From positions 1 through 64,000 of the forward strand of contig JAHLWZ010000693.1 in assembly GCA_020536535.1 (NCBI GenBank): a stretch of 64,000 bases of DNA, read 5' to 3'. Below the pieces are notes generated by a model. That model made no database searches, was not told the DNA's origin, and was given only the letters and a program-made list of their open reading frames with translations. Of this stretch, positions 38,289-50,530 are shown in pieces. The DNA is from Pelomyxa schiedti. Lineage: Eukaryota; Protista; Evosea. Made by a program: the position numbers and the translations under genes. Positions within the stretch are counted from its first letter, which is position 1, and each line of letters begins with the position of its first letter.

Positions 38289-39925
38289 ATGGCGTCCGTG
38301 GTCGTACGCCTTGTGCTGGTTCTCATACTGTCTGTTTGGTGTTATGGCCTGGATGTGGTTAATGATTGTGGGGCAGTGGGTGACGGTGTAACTGTCGATA
38401 CGGTTGCGGTTCAGAAATGCCTTGACGCTGTATGTGCCTCACACAATCTTAACTTTGAGATCTGACTGTACTTTCTCCCCAGGGGTCGCTGAATGGCGAT
38501 GTTGTGGTATTTGGGGCCTCCAGGGTATTTCTCATTGGCAGAGTTGAGATTGGCAGCAATACTATTATCGAGTTGGAGGAGGATGCCCTCGTTTTGGGTT
38601 CTATAGAACCTGCTGATTATTCTCTTACCGACCCTAACTTGTGGGTGTTACTGCACAGTGTGGGACAAAATAACATCACGATTAAAGGTGGCTGTAGAGT
38701 GTAGTTTCCAATGTTCGCCTTGACCCTGATACCCTGAAGGAAAGGGCACAATTGACGGACAGGCTGTACCGTACTTTGTGAGTTACTGGAACCCTGTTGA
38801 GTTGAAGCTCGAGGCCAAAACGTGGGAGGGAACTGCTGGGTGCTCTGGAGAATGCAGGCCTCGCCTCGTACAACTAGAATGGTGCACGAATGTGGCTATA
38901 TCTGGTGTAAGGTTACAGAACAGTCCCGACTGGACATTACATCTTCTTGGATCGACCAATGTAACAATTTATAATATGACTATTCTTGGAGACCAAAGGT
39001 ACACTCCAAGGTGAGATAGGATTTCTTTAGCTATTATTAGGTTCCCCAACAACGATGGGATTGATGTGGACTCTTCTTCCAATGTTATTATAGAAAACAT
39101 TGTGGTAGACACAGGGGATGACAGTGTCTGTATCAAATCTACCTCAGGGTATGGGCCTGCCCGAAACGTGTTTGTGCGTAATTGCATTCTGCGCTCCCGG
39201 TCGGCTGCTATAAAATTTGGATCAGCAACATATGAAGATAGTATGTATCCCTGTTTTTGGAGTGATTCTGAGTTGGCCTCAGTGTACAACATGTTGTTTG
39301 AGAATATCTTCATTTGGGATACCAACCGAGGAATTGGAATTCAACAGCGGGATGCAGGAAATATTTATAACATTACTTTTAGGAACATCACTATCAATGG
39401 AACTCGTTATTGGCCTCTTACATGGTGGGGCAGTGCTGAGGTTTTTCTGTTTGCTTTATTTGGCTTTCTTCTTGACCGTTTTAACAGCCAATCTACATTA
39501 CTTCCACGGCAAGGTCCAAGGAGGACCCAGATTCCGGGTACACAAGTAATGTGCTATTTGAGAACATTCAAGCGCTTGCCGAGAACGGAGTGCTAATATC
39601 TGGACGTCTCCACCGAGGCGGTTCAGCTATCTACAATGTGACATTCAGAAATGTAGGTATTCACATTGGCAGGTATTCCAATATGAGTGACCCCAGGCAT
39701 GACTACCGCCCCTCTTACTTCCCCAACATCATTCCTTGGGATGTGGATGGCTTTTTCTGCCAAAACGCAGAAGGAGTTCTCTTCCACAATGTAACAGTCG
39801 AGTACTTGGACCCAGCACAACCTTTTTATGGCCAGTGCCTCAATTCCCTCAATAGCACTGACATCACCAAAGACCAGTTTGTGTGCCTTGGTGAAGTCCA
39901 GGCGAATCCAAAAAAAAACAAGTAA
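38289..39925 (+). CDS. Secreted GH28-like pectin-lyase-fold glycoside hydrolase
   Basis: Signal peptide; GAVGDGVTVDT, NSPDWTLH, PNNDGIDVDSS, TGDDSVCIKS, AIKFGS. Confidence 0.88.
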
Positions 39926-39979
39926 CCAAAGAACAAGTAACTTTCGTTCAAGCAAACTTTTTTTTTTTGTTTCCAAGAC

Positions 39980-40963
39980 TTACATCTGCTCCAATGCCCA
40001 GTGGAGTACATCATCACCCACGGGGTCGCGTTGAGTGGCCAGTGGGTTGTGCTCGCCCCTCCTGCCGTCTAGGTAGCCGGTGCCGCACCTGCACTTGATG
40101 GCGTAGTACTGGCCCTTTTCCATTGGTATGAAGTCCCACTGGAGCTGGCCTGCGGCATTGTAGTCCTGGTGGTAGGCGATGAGCAGGTCTGACCTGTGGC
40201 CGTCGAGGTACCCCCTTGACGAGATGTTCTCCAGAGTGAAGCCGCCGCCGTTCACGGGCCTGAGGACCCAGTTGAGGCAGGGGTTGCCGTGTGGGTTGCT
40301 TGGATTAAGCCCTGGGTCTCTAACTCTGGGCTTCTTGCCGTCGAGGAACCTCCCACTGCTGCGGCTCTGAAGCGAGTACACGGTGTCTGGCTTGATCGGG
40401 GACTTGATCTCCCAGTGCAGCGAGGTGTCGGCCATCGGGGGCTTGAACGAGATCATCGGCTCCTTGACGCCAGAGGTCCTTCCGTCGAGGAAGCCGCCGT
40501 GGCTCCTGCAGTGGATGGCGTACACGTCGTTGCTGACCTTGACCAGGGCCCAGTGCACGTGGATGTCGTCGGCGGCGACGGCGTCGTCGGCCCAGTGCAG
40601 CTCGTTGGACCCGGGCTCCCTCCCGTGCAGCCTCTTGTTGTTGTTCTTGTTCCTGATGGCGAAGAAGCCCTGGTGGCCCTCGACCGGCTCGAACGCCCAG
40701 AGAAGCGGGGGGAAGCAGATGGGCGCTCGGCCGCCGTAGACGAGCAACGGGTCGGCGGCGGCGTCGTCCTGGCTGCACCCAAGCTGGCCTCCTCCGCCGA
40801 TGCTCCTCACCGACCAGACGCCGGGCAGGGGGTCCATCACGCGGTGCAGGTCGGCCATGAGGTCGACCACGGCGCTGACGACTGGGATGGGCCTGCTGAT
40901 CTCCTCGGGCGTGGGTGTGGGCCTGGGCTCCTCGCCTGTTGGTGGCGGTGGGTTCGCTGACAT
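39980..40963 (-). CDS. Double beta-trefoil (ricin-B/fascin-like) repeat protein
   Basis: Intronless 327-aa ORF with six ~45-aa repeats of Y/F-x-I/L-x(5-7)-LDG...L-x-W; no signal peptide. Confidence 0.7.
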   Translation of the reverse strand: MSANPPPPTGEEPRPTPTPEEISRPIPVVSAVVDLMADLHRVMDPLPGVWSVRSIGGGGQLGCSQDDAAADPLLVYGGRAPICFPPLLWAFEPVEGHQGFFAIRNKNNNKRLHGREPGSNELHWADDAVAADDIHVHWALVKVSNDVYAIHCRSHGGFLDGRTSGVKEPMISFKPPMADTSLHWEIKSPIKPDTVYSLQSRSSGRFLDGKKPRVRDPGLNPSNPHGNPCLNWVLRPVNGGGFTLENISSRGYLDGHRSDLLIAYHQDYNAAGQLQWDFIPMEKGQYYAIKCRCGTGYLDGRRGEHNPLATQRDPVGDDVLHWALEQM

Positions 40964-41274
40964 TTTGTGGTTGGTGGGTTTTTTGTTTGTTTGTTTTTTT
41001 TTTTTTTGCTGTTTGAAGGGAACCTTTCAACGGACTTTTAAGTTACCAACCTCAAATGAATTCCCGTAAGGAACCTGCTGTTCTAGAACTGGTTTGCTTA
41101 CACGAAGTTTCAAGATTTCAGAGAGGAACCTTTCATCAGAAAAATCCAACTCTCACAAGGGGAAACAGAGTTGGATTTTTACCAGTATTACCTGTGGACT
41201 GTGATCAACACCAAATGGAGTAGAAAGGACTGAACGTTAAGGCAAAGTTGTATTTTAATTAAGGCTTGCTTTGA

Positions 41275-42363
41275 TCAATAAATAAATGGGAAGAGGATTT
41301 TGCGGTGTTTGGGGTAGTCAGGGAAAAGCTTGAGGTATTTGGCGTGCCTCTCTCTTGCCCACTGGGTCATTTGGTAAGTGGCACAGCAAATGAAGCAAAG
41401 GACGCTGATGGGGAAGTTCATAAGTACAGCAAATCCGATCCATGTCAGAATCTCCATTGTGTAGTTCGGCATTGTCACGTACTCAAACAAAAAGCCCCTT
41501 GGCATCTTCCACTCAGCTGTTCCCGGTGTGCGCAGAGCTTTGAGCATCATGTGGCATATGAAGTTGCATATCTGGGTGGAGTTCATTAGGGAGAGGGAGA
41601 TGTGTGAGGGTAGCTACCAGCCCAGTTAAAAAGATAGTGAAACCCAGGCAGAAGTGCCATGCAGGTAACTTGTGAGCTACGGGGTAGTTGACTTGCCAGC
41701 CGATCCAACAGGCAAAACCCCAGTAGTAAGCCGTGTTTTTAAACAAATTGAAAACGGGCATGGTCAAGTACCCTAATTGTTTTCAGTAATTGGGGAAAAA
41801 AAAAAAAGCCGGAACTGTACCAAATTCGTGAACAAGAACGGTCTCTACTTCACGCTTGGCATAATGGAGCATCCACAAGAAAAAGGCCCCTTGCTGTGTT
41901 ATAGTAAGTGGGTACAGCTTCTCTCCAGGATACGCCCAAGGGATAAGCCTCAGTGCAAACAACGGGTAAATAAATAGCGGCCCGAAGTACTCAATGAGGT
42001 ACACCATACGGAACGGAAGTTGAGTACCCAAGTCTTTAATGAAAAGCTGTCCATTCAAAAGTGATGCTGGTTAGAAGAACGTACATAGAAAATATACTCG
42101 GTTTTTTTTTTTTTTTTGGATTAGAGGGACTACGGAAACCCAACCTGATCGCCGGACTTTATCCCATAATGCTTGAGGGTCTTTTCTCTTTCCAAAACTA
42201 CGACGCGCTGGCCCTTCTCGTCAGTGATCCTCTGCCTAGCGATGCCGAGCCTTTTCGTGGCCTCCACAACGCGCATCAAGTTCTCCACCGTCCCATCTTC
42301 CGGAACATCGACAGTGCAGTACGCCACCCCACCCCGCTTGACCAGCTCAACGCGCATCGTCAT
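41275..42363 (-). CDS. TECR: Very-long-chain trans-2,3-enoyl-CoA reductase
   Basis: Ubiquitin-like N-terminus; FIKDLGTQL, YLIEYFGPL, HYAKREVETVLVH, TMPVFNLFKN, YVTMPNYTMEI, QMTQWA. Confidence 0.95.
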
Positions 42364-42536
42364 CTCTTGTGCCCAGAGTTTTTTTTTTTGTTTGTGTGTT
42401 TTTCTGAGCATTGACTTTCTTTCGCTTCAGATCCGAAGGAGCGGAGCCGAGTGTGGGTCGACAAGGTGTTGGACACCACGCTTCTCTCTCATTCACTACT
42501 AGAGAAGGAGATGACTCTTTGGTGTGTGATATTTTA

Positions 42537-43317
42537 TTACTCGGTTATAGTCTTGATAACATTGGGTGGGTGGCGAGGGTGTTCTTCCAACTGATTGGTG
42601 GGGTAGCCAAATATCAGCGCCACCTGCAAGGAAAACCCTTCTTCCACACCAAGGAACTCAAGTACCTCGGGGAAATCATTTAGTGCCTGCGCCATCCCAA
42701 TGTCTTGGAGAAGTGAGTTGTTGTGGTAAAACAATAAAGGAAGAAGGGGGGACTCACAGCAGCTTCCAAGTCCGGCTGTGTGTGCATAGAGCATCATGTT
42801 CTGGGCAGCCAAACAGGAATCAACAAGCCCCCAATCATTGACCCCTGGAATAGTGAGGAACAACCAAAAAGAGGGGGAGACAAACTTGAGCTTGGTGCGA
42901 TAAGGAAAATGACAAGAGGTGCTTTGTAGAATGGATCAAAATTTGCAAATGGACTTCCAAAGGCTTCAACTATGACAGAAGAAATCCTGTCAATTTCAGT
43001 TCGTGAGGACAGCACAGTGAAAGAAACCTCAAGTGTTAGATTATGTAATGTTAAAGGCTAAAGTCCCCCCAAAAAACCTCCATCCAACCGTAACATGAAA
43101 CGAACACGCGAGGTTGATTACATACATGCTGAGAGTCACGTGCTGTTGGAGCCCACTGGCCAGCCCATAACAAACCTTCTACAATTTCACTTGGCACAGG
43201 CTCGCTGGTGTAACTCCTGTGACTTCGCCTTGCCTTGAGCACATTTTGCATGAATAGCTCCGCCTCAGCCGGTACGCCGCTGTGCTGCGCTTGTGGTTGT
43301 GCCTCAGGTGCATCCAC
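42537..43317 (-). CDS. Nitroreductase family flavoprotein
   Basis: RRSHRSY, WAPTARDSQ, FYKAPLVIF, DSCLAAQNMMLYAHTAGLGSC, IFGYP; 3-4 introns; first in-frame ATG at 43251. Confidence 0.9.
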
Positions 43318-43628
43318 ATCTTCGCATCGCAGTGATTAGAAACTCGAGGTGTGTCAGCGCAAGGGCAAAATAATTACGCACCAACAACAGCGTCGCGATT
43401 GTCGCCGCACTCGTCACCCACACACGACAAAACCTCGTCATCTCCCGCCGCAACCAAGATCAAGATCTGGCACACAACTACCGCAAACACCAAAACGACC
43501 CTGTGCATCGCCATTCCGCAGCACCCTCCGAAGGTTTGTTTGTTTCGTTTGAGTGATCGTTTGTTTTCGGGAACGACGAAATCAGATTTTTCTAGGAAGA
43601 AGAAGGAGGTGACGAAAAAAGATGAAAT

Positions 43629-45868
43629 TCAGTGCCTGGCTATTCGAGGGGGCGATAGAGACTGGGAGACCAATTGGGCCCATTGAGATGTGCCTGAGGT
43701 CCAATAGCCTGTCCCTGCTTCGTCGTCTGCTTTGGGCCATCCGCTCACAATCCTTGTCCCACAATCTTTCCCTAGTGTGCAAACCTGTGGGTTTTAAGGG
43801 TTAGATAGATATTTTTGGTGTGGAAATATGGGTACGGGAGAGGAATGCACCAACGGAATAAGAAAATAGGGAGGTAGAGTGGGTAAAAACCAAAAGGTTA
43901 TTGATCCAAACAGAGTGGTCCGGGGACAGTGGGCCACCAGATAGTTCAAAATTGAATAGTTCCGAAACATATCTCTGCACAACTTGTGATATCTCAAATG
44001 GATGTGTCCACATCCCTCCCTTTCTGTGGTTAGTGTTCAATAATTGCAGAAGTAATCATACGACAAACACTGGATGCCCGGGCGTAAGCCACACGCCATA
44101 CACTTCACACATTGGAATAATACCATTGACCCGTTTTACCTCAATCCTTGTGACTCTCTTTATCCCGGACTCAGTCTTGACAATATCTCCAGCACAAACA
44201 GCTTTAGCTTTCCTGTGTTTTTTAAGTACATGACACAATGACGTTTGGAAACCCTACTTGTATGAACCATCACCCATTGACACAATCCCATCTCCAGTGA
44301 AGCATTTCCGGAACTACACTTTTTTTTTGAATGTTGGAAAATTTGCATTTGCAAGATTACAGCACACCTTTGATTCTTCATATCCTTGCAGTGCCCCAAA
44401 GAGAGTTTCAGATAACCGAATTGCCATGAATCTCTCTTGAGGAGTATGTGCATATCCACCGCTTTTGAAAAAGGCGTAACACTGTAGGTTTCCTACATTC
44501 CCAGCCTCTGATAAAAGTTTGCAATTTTATACAAAAGAGGCATATATACCAACTGCACTCACAAAATCCTCCAGATGAATCAGTGGGCCATTTTCATGAA
44601 GAAGAGCATATGCAGAAAGAACTTTCGTATCATAAATTTGATTATGCTCAAATTTAAGAGTTACATACGTGCATTACGGGCTATGCCAGCCTGGCTAAGA
44701 AGGGCATCAAAATTTCCAAATGCATTTAGATGAAACTGCTCAGTGGTTTGAAGGAGCCATCTCTGAAAGCATGAGTGAAATTGGTTCTCAAACGCTGTTG
44801 GAGGTGGTTCTCTTTCCAAGTCATCCAAGTGGCAACTTGGTGCAAACGTGATAATCTTCCTGATTACATCAGGGCATAGGAGAGCAACAGGACTTTTATT
44901 TCCTGCTCGAGGGTGGGTTCCACAAAGAAATGCAGTAAATCGTGCAGCAACAGTGTGGCATGACCCTTGAAAAGGTGGCAATCATCAGGGACTTGGAAAA
45001 GTAGTAATGTTATACTTGAAATTAACTTCCAAGGACGGGTGCTTGTCATTAAATCGCGTATATCTTTTTTATACCAATCGTACCAAGCACGCTTGCAAGC
45101 AGTTGTCATAAACACCAGTTGTTGGCCTGATGCAATCCTCTCCCTTGCCCAGATAACGCATCTTCTCTGCCTATGCCACTGTATTCTGTTCTCCACACAC
45201 TGAATCTGTGGTTCCTACAAAAGAATCCAGGTTATCCACCAAAAAATTGAATGAGATAGTTACACAACAGTTAGCCGAGGTAATCCAGTTGTATTGGGCC
45301 TCCTGAACTCAGGCTCCAGAACGAAGCACCATTCATCAAGTGAATCATGTTTAAAAGCAGGCCTCTTCATTGAGAATCCCTGCATCACCTCACCCATAAT
45401 CGCGGATGGCTTCTCGCCGTTGGCCACGGCAGGCAGGATTTCCTCGGGGACGTCCTCCTTCAACCCCCACCAGGACCGCGTGGGAGACTCCCAGAAGTTC
45501 TCGTAGGGGCCCATCAATGACTTATGGGACTCTCCGCCCAGCTTCAGTTTTTGGGACAGATACCACGACATGCTGTCCGTGTTTGGCGCCGCCGAGAACG
45601 GCTCCACGTCATTGTCGAGGATTCGTGCAATTGCAGATCTCTTCTGGGCCATCCATTCGTCGAACAGGCGACAGCGAGCCTCGTCGTAGACGCTCACAGG
45701 ACGCTCCGTCGCAGCCAGGCTAGTTGTTAGCCACTCGACGCGACGCGGTGCAGATCTAGATCCGCCCCCCTCGACAACGTCTCTTTTTGGCGGATCATCG
45801 TCGTAATCGTCGTGGTACTCACCGTTACCGGGCGGGGTCGCTTTTCGCTTGGAGCCCGTTTGACCCAT
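43629..45868 (-). CDS. Hypothetical protein with C-terminal Hint (Vint-type) domain
   Basis: Start MGQTGS; central FLCGTHPRAGNKSPV motif; C-terminal KCFTGDGIVSMGDG, GDIVKT, WLTPGHPV, WTHP, LFNFEL, INNLL|VCTLGK. Confidence 0.72.
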
Positions 45869-45925
45869 CAAAACAGAAAAGGTTTTCCGCAAAAGCGATC
45901 AAAACCGCCGAAAAGCGAAAAAGGA

Positions 45926-48721
45926 ATGGGTCAAGGGGCAGGGACCAACAACAAAGCAAACCACGTCACTGATAAACCACATAACCAGCAGCTACGTTGG
46001 CCACCTGTAGCACGTGCAGAAATCCTTCCCGCCCTCACACGTCCTTTTTGCCCCTGCGTATCCAGCGACGTAGATTCCCTGTGGGCGTCGTCTTCCCCCT
46101 ACGCGACCTGTCACACGTCACTACGCCTCCTCAATTTGAGCTCCCCCACATCGTCATCTGTTGAATCTACAAAGCCAACAGGTACAAGTTGTGCGGCACC
46201 TAATTCAAGTGGCCCACTTGGGCCAGCAAAGATTGAGATCGGGACTGAGTGCACTGAAGGAAATACCGAGGAGGTCGAGGCCTGCAGTGATTCCGAGGAA
46301 CCTGTCGAGGTGAAAGTGGCGCGGTGGGTTTCTTGTGGAGTATGTGGTTTGGGCTCAAGGCCAGACACGATTGTGGGAATTTGGTCTGATTCTGGTGGTG
46401 GTGGGGCATATTACTGGGCAATTGCTGTGAGGAACTTTGCTTATAGGCTTGGTGCAAAACGGCCCACAGCCGAGATACCACCTGGAATTTTCTCAAAGCA
46501 ATTGCGCAAGAGAAAAGCCAAAGTAAGTACCTAGTCACTTTCCTCCGTTCATTTTTTTGCATTCACCCTTTTGGGAAACAGGGAATGTGCACTCCTTTTT
46601 TTTTAATTTATTTTTTCTTTTTTTGTTAAATTTTCTTTCGTTTGTACCAGAAGGAGGGCAGACTATCTTGCTTCTGGGAAAGGGTATATGTGGCCAGTTT
46701 GTTTGATGAAGCTCTCCTGTGGGGGGTTACCAGGGAACATTTGCAAGGTGAAATTTATTATAATCTACGGGTGTCCACTGAAACTTGTAGACAATGCCAT
46801 CGAGGATTTCCTATTTGGAGACTCCACAGGTCATGATGCCACGATATTATGTACTTTTGTAGTCGAGATTTACATGACTATCACTGCCAGTCTTCTTGGA
46901 AGTAATAGTGTGGGAACAAACAAAATCAGCAATAAACCTTGCCAATCTCCCAAAAAGAGAACTTTGAAGAGCATATGATTATGTGGGCAAAAAGCTTTTC
47001 CGATGAGGAAACGGCAAGTCCAAGGTACTCTTTCTGTTTTAGATTGCCTTTTCGTATTGAACTTAGTACTTTTAGCCTATATTTGACTGCAATTATTCAT
47101 TCTGTAGAGGGCGGGGCTCTTTTTACCCTGACTTGGGACGAGCTAAAAAAGGTACAATGGGCAGTTTACAAGCGTTGACAACAAAAAAGATGGAACCTGT
47201 GTCACTGGTCGAACTCACTCTGAAAACTGTAAAAAAGGCTTTACACATACCCCCTTTATTCTCAGCACAGCAATTTGTGGCAAATTTGGTAAGGACAGAC
47301 TTCTTATTCTACTTCGCGAGTAATTAGAATTTAAAACCAACCCAGTGTCAGGTACCCTCAAAAACACTGGCACTTTACTTAAGGTACGGCGCCATGATCA
47401 ACCAAATGCACTCACCAGATTAAGTATGATACGAGACTGTCTTTTAAGTGGCAATCGGAGAATTGAACTCCAACTGCACAATGTATGTTCTTTCTTTCTC
47501 ATCACAAGGAAGCCAAAACTGCTTGCTGACCTTTTCATTCCTTACAAACTGAAAATTAATAAGGCATCTATCCGAAGAGAAGAGCAGAGAGAACACAACA
47601 AACAAATTTTTACTCTCTCCACCGCCATTCACCCCAGAGTGGGGTCAAGGAGCCCCGCAAGAAGCCTTGTTCCAAGTGCACTTTCCATCATCAAATCCTA
47701 CCTTCCAGCTGATGAAAAAAATAGTGTGGACATTTCCCTTTCCATTTCGTTTTTTAAAAAAAACCGAACAGAAATTGTCATTGTTGGATTTGAAACATTT
47801 ATTTTGGATATTCAAAAAGCCAAGGCAGCCCCACCTGAACGGGAAGGGGATGATTCATCGCTATTCTCCGTTATTCCCCACTGTCCAGATTGTCGATTCG
47901 GGCATAGCACAGCCTATTACAAGCCAAATGAGCGCGTTTATGCCTTGGCTGGAACGGGTGGAGGAATCATGACAAATCCAAATGTTTCGTGGCTTGACCT
48001 TGGAACCGGAGTATGGCATACAGATAGACCTATGAACACACCGCGATCCCATGCAGCATGCTGTGTTGTGAATGGCAGAATTTATATGATTGGAGGCTGT
48101 GGTGGAAATAGAGGAGAACTGAAGCCTGATACTTGGTTATGTGAGAGCTTGGACCCCAGGGAGGGCACTTGGAGTTATGTAACTCCTCCGGCACACGCCG
48201 TTGGATACGGAAGTACTGCAGCGTGCATTGGAGGAAGTTTCCTGTTGTTTGGGGGAAGCGGAGGTGCATCCAAAAGATTTTCGGAGGGTGTTGTTGCTGA
48301 ATATGATCCTCGAGGTGATGCCTGGTTGTATGATTGGTCTGATAAATTGCCAATCCCAGTTCAAGCCATGTGCGGAAACAGTTGCTTTGTGAGAGGAACC
48401 ACAGCTTTCCTAGTTGGGGCTTCGTATCCCCCCCTGTCCACCACAGAAGAACGTTGGAATTCCAGAGTTTTGTGCTACAACTTCGTGAGTCACGAATGGA
48501 GCCCAGGGGCACAGGTTCCAGCTGGATACTTGCCAGCCAGCGGCACTTATGGGGGTGGCCTGTTCTGGCACATGCTGCTTGATGGGGATGCTGGTACAAC
48601 AAAGACCATTTCTCTGGTCAATTCCTCCTGTGTGATGTATGATTGTGAGACAGATAGCTGGTTGAGCCGCAAGCTAATAGCCCCAAAAACACTTTACGGT
48701 TGCAGCATGGTGGCCGTGTAA
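45926..48721 (+). CDS. Kelch-repeat protein (5' exons uncertain)
   Basis: Kelch repeats VYALAG, MNTPRSHAACCVVNGRIYMIGG, LDPREGTW, FLLFGG, YDPRGDAW, preceded by IHPRVGSRSP. Confidence 0.75.
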
Positions 48722-48818
48722 CAATATCTTATCGATTTCCGCACTGTTTCCTTGAAAATGGGAATGGAAGGAAAAATCCTTTCAATAATGCATTCACTTG
48801 CCACTTGCTCTTCTTTGC

Positions 48819-49895
48819 TCAGTCCTTCATTGTTTTATTCCCGTTGCTTTTTGTGGCCTGTAATGTGTTAAACACCGCTCTGGCCCGTGCAAGAAGCAGC
48901 ACCAGCACCGGGTCAGTGTCATCGAACTCGCTGCATTCCGCGAACTGGTTATCATCTGACTCACTGGTAGGGCTGGTAAGTCCTGGTCCCAGCCCAAGAC
49001 TCTGTTGTTGTTGAACCTCTTGATGCTGCTGTAGCACCTGCCGGTTAGCCGAAGCTTGGTCTGATTGATTTGTTGTAGTGAATCGAGCCATAGAGTCATT
49101 TCCCGGTGTGCCGGAACTTTGCTGCATTGGGCGTCGTTGCTCCTCCACCCGTAGGCCAGAGTAATCGCGAAGGGTGCTGTCAGGGTCATTATCCACACGA
49201 GGACAAGGCACAGACGAAGCCACAGCATCACCCGAGTGACTGGAACCGCGCTGCCGCTCGTGCTTGGTGTCAGCCTCCAATGTAGCACCGCCGCCGCCGC
49301 CGCCAGCAGCACCACCGAAAGCAGCGGGCTCATTTGTAGATGCCACACCGATGCGTATTTGCTTGAGAGACGGCCACACGGCGCCACTGCCGCCGCCGCC
49401 GGAGCCCTCCTCTTCCTCGTCGTCGCTTCCATCCAGGCCCGCGTCGTCGTAGTCGTCGAAGTTGAGCGAGAGGGAGATGGCGCTGTCCGACGTGCCGCAC
49501 GACGACAGCGTCGCGGAGCAAGGGTCGGCGGGGAGCAGGGGCGCTCCCAGCGGGGCGCCGCTGCCCCGCACCTCGGCGGCAGCCCCCGGCGGCTGGCGGG
49601 TGGGAGGCGGCGGGGCAGCGGGCTTGGCAGTGGTCTGCGAGGGGGTTCCCTTCGCCTTGGAGGTGGTGGTGGTGGTGGTGGAGGAGGGCGCGGGAGTGGG
49701 TGGGATCGTAAGGGACGAGGCTCGCGGGATCACTTGTGTGGTGGCGGCGGCGGCTCTCGTGGCACCTTGTGTCGATGTTGCTGTGGCGCGTTTGGTTGCC
49801 GGCGTTGTTCTTGGTGAGTTTTGGGTGGTGTCGTTTCGGTCGCTGGGCCGGGAATTGCTCGGTCGTGGCTTCATTAATTCGGAAATAAACACCAC
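48819..49895 (-). CDS. Hypothetical low-complexity T/A/P/G-rich protein
   Basis: 358-aa ORF with the GC-rich 5' part typical of genes in this window; no domain recognised. Confidence 0.5.
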   Translation of the reverse strand: MVFISELMKPRPSNSRPSDRNDTTQNSPRTTPATKRATATSTQGATRAAAATTQVIPRASSLTIPPTPAPSSTTTTTTSKAKGTPSQTTAKPAAPPPPTRQPPGAAAEVRGSGAPLGAPLLPADPCSATLSSCGTSDSAISLSLNFDDYDDAGLDGSDDEEEEGSGGGGSGAVWPSLKQIRIGVASTNEPAAFGGAAGGGGGGATLEADTKHERQRGSSHSGDAVASSVPCPRVDNDPDSTLRDYSGLRVEEQRRPMQQSSGTPGNDSMARFTTTNQSDQASANRQVLQQHQEVQQQQSLGLGPGLTSPTSESDDNQFAECSEFDDTDPVLVLLLARARAVFNTLQATKSNGNKTMKD

Positions 49896-50530
49896 TGATG
49901 ATTCAGCGTTAAGAGATAAATGATGCCAGGTGTTTTTTTACTTCAACAGAGATCTCGGGAGCACTCGATGCCAAACCCTTATCTGTTGTTCGAACAGTTC
50001 TCACAATGCACCTATGAGTCTTCCCTGGGTGTACCTCTTTGTACTTTGAGAAAGATTTTTTTTCCCTTTCATGCTACTGGCCCAGTTGCAAAAATTTCGA
50101 AATGGAAAACTTTAAATGGGCCAAATTAGAGCCAAAAAACATATTGTAAAACAACTCGAGCAACATCACCAGCAACAACACCAAAAGGCAGGTCAAGCCC
50201 AGGTTAATTCCCTCAACTGTTTTATGTGGGTGTTGCGTGGATGCGTCTCGCGTTTTCGGGTTTCGTTTTCGTGGGTTTTTCTTCTCGAGTTGGTGTGTTG
50301 TGCTGGTTTCCTTACCTGTAATACAAACGTGTAGATTATCCTCGATAAGACTAGCACGCTTCCGCACTTCGCGTTTCTCCCTGGTACAATTTCAGTCTTC
50401 AAGAAATACTGCATAACGCCGGCTTCATCTCTCAGGTTTGCGGTATTGGTCTTACCTCTGTATGACCTAATTTACTACATTCAATTATTGGGAGAATAGT
50501 AAGCATAATTTCAGTGCACACCACGGTGAG

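Noticed and set aside
35637-43317. GT25, TECR and nitroreductase as tailoring genes of the NRPS-PKS
   Set aside because: They are 9-17 kb away, separated by TOP1 and the phosphorylase, and TECR has a standard role in fatty-acid elongation; there is no evidence of a cluster.
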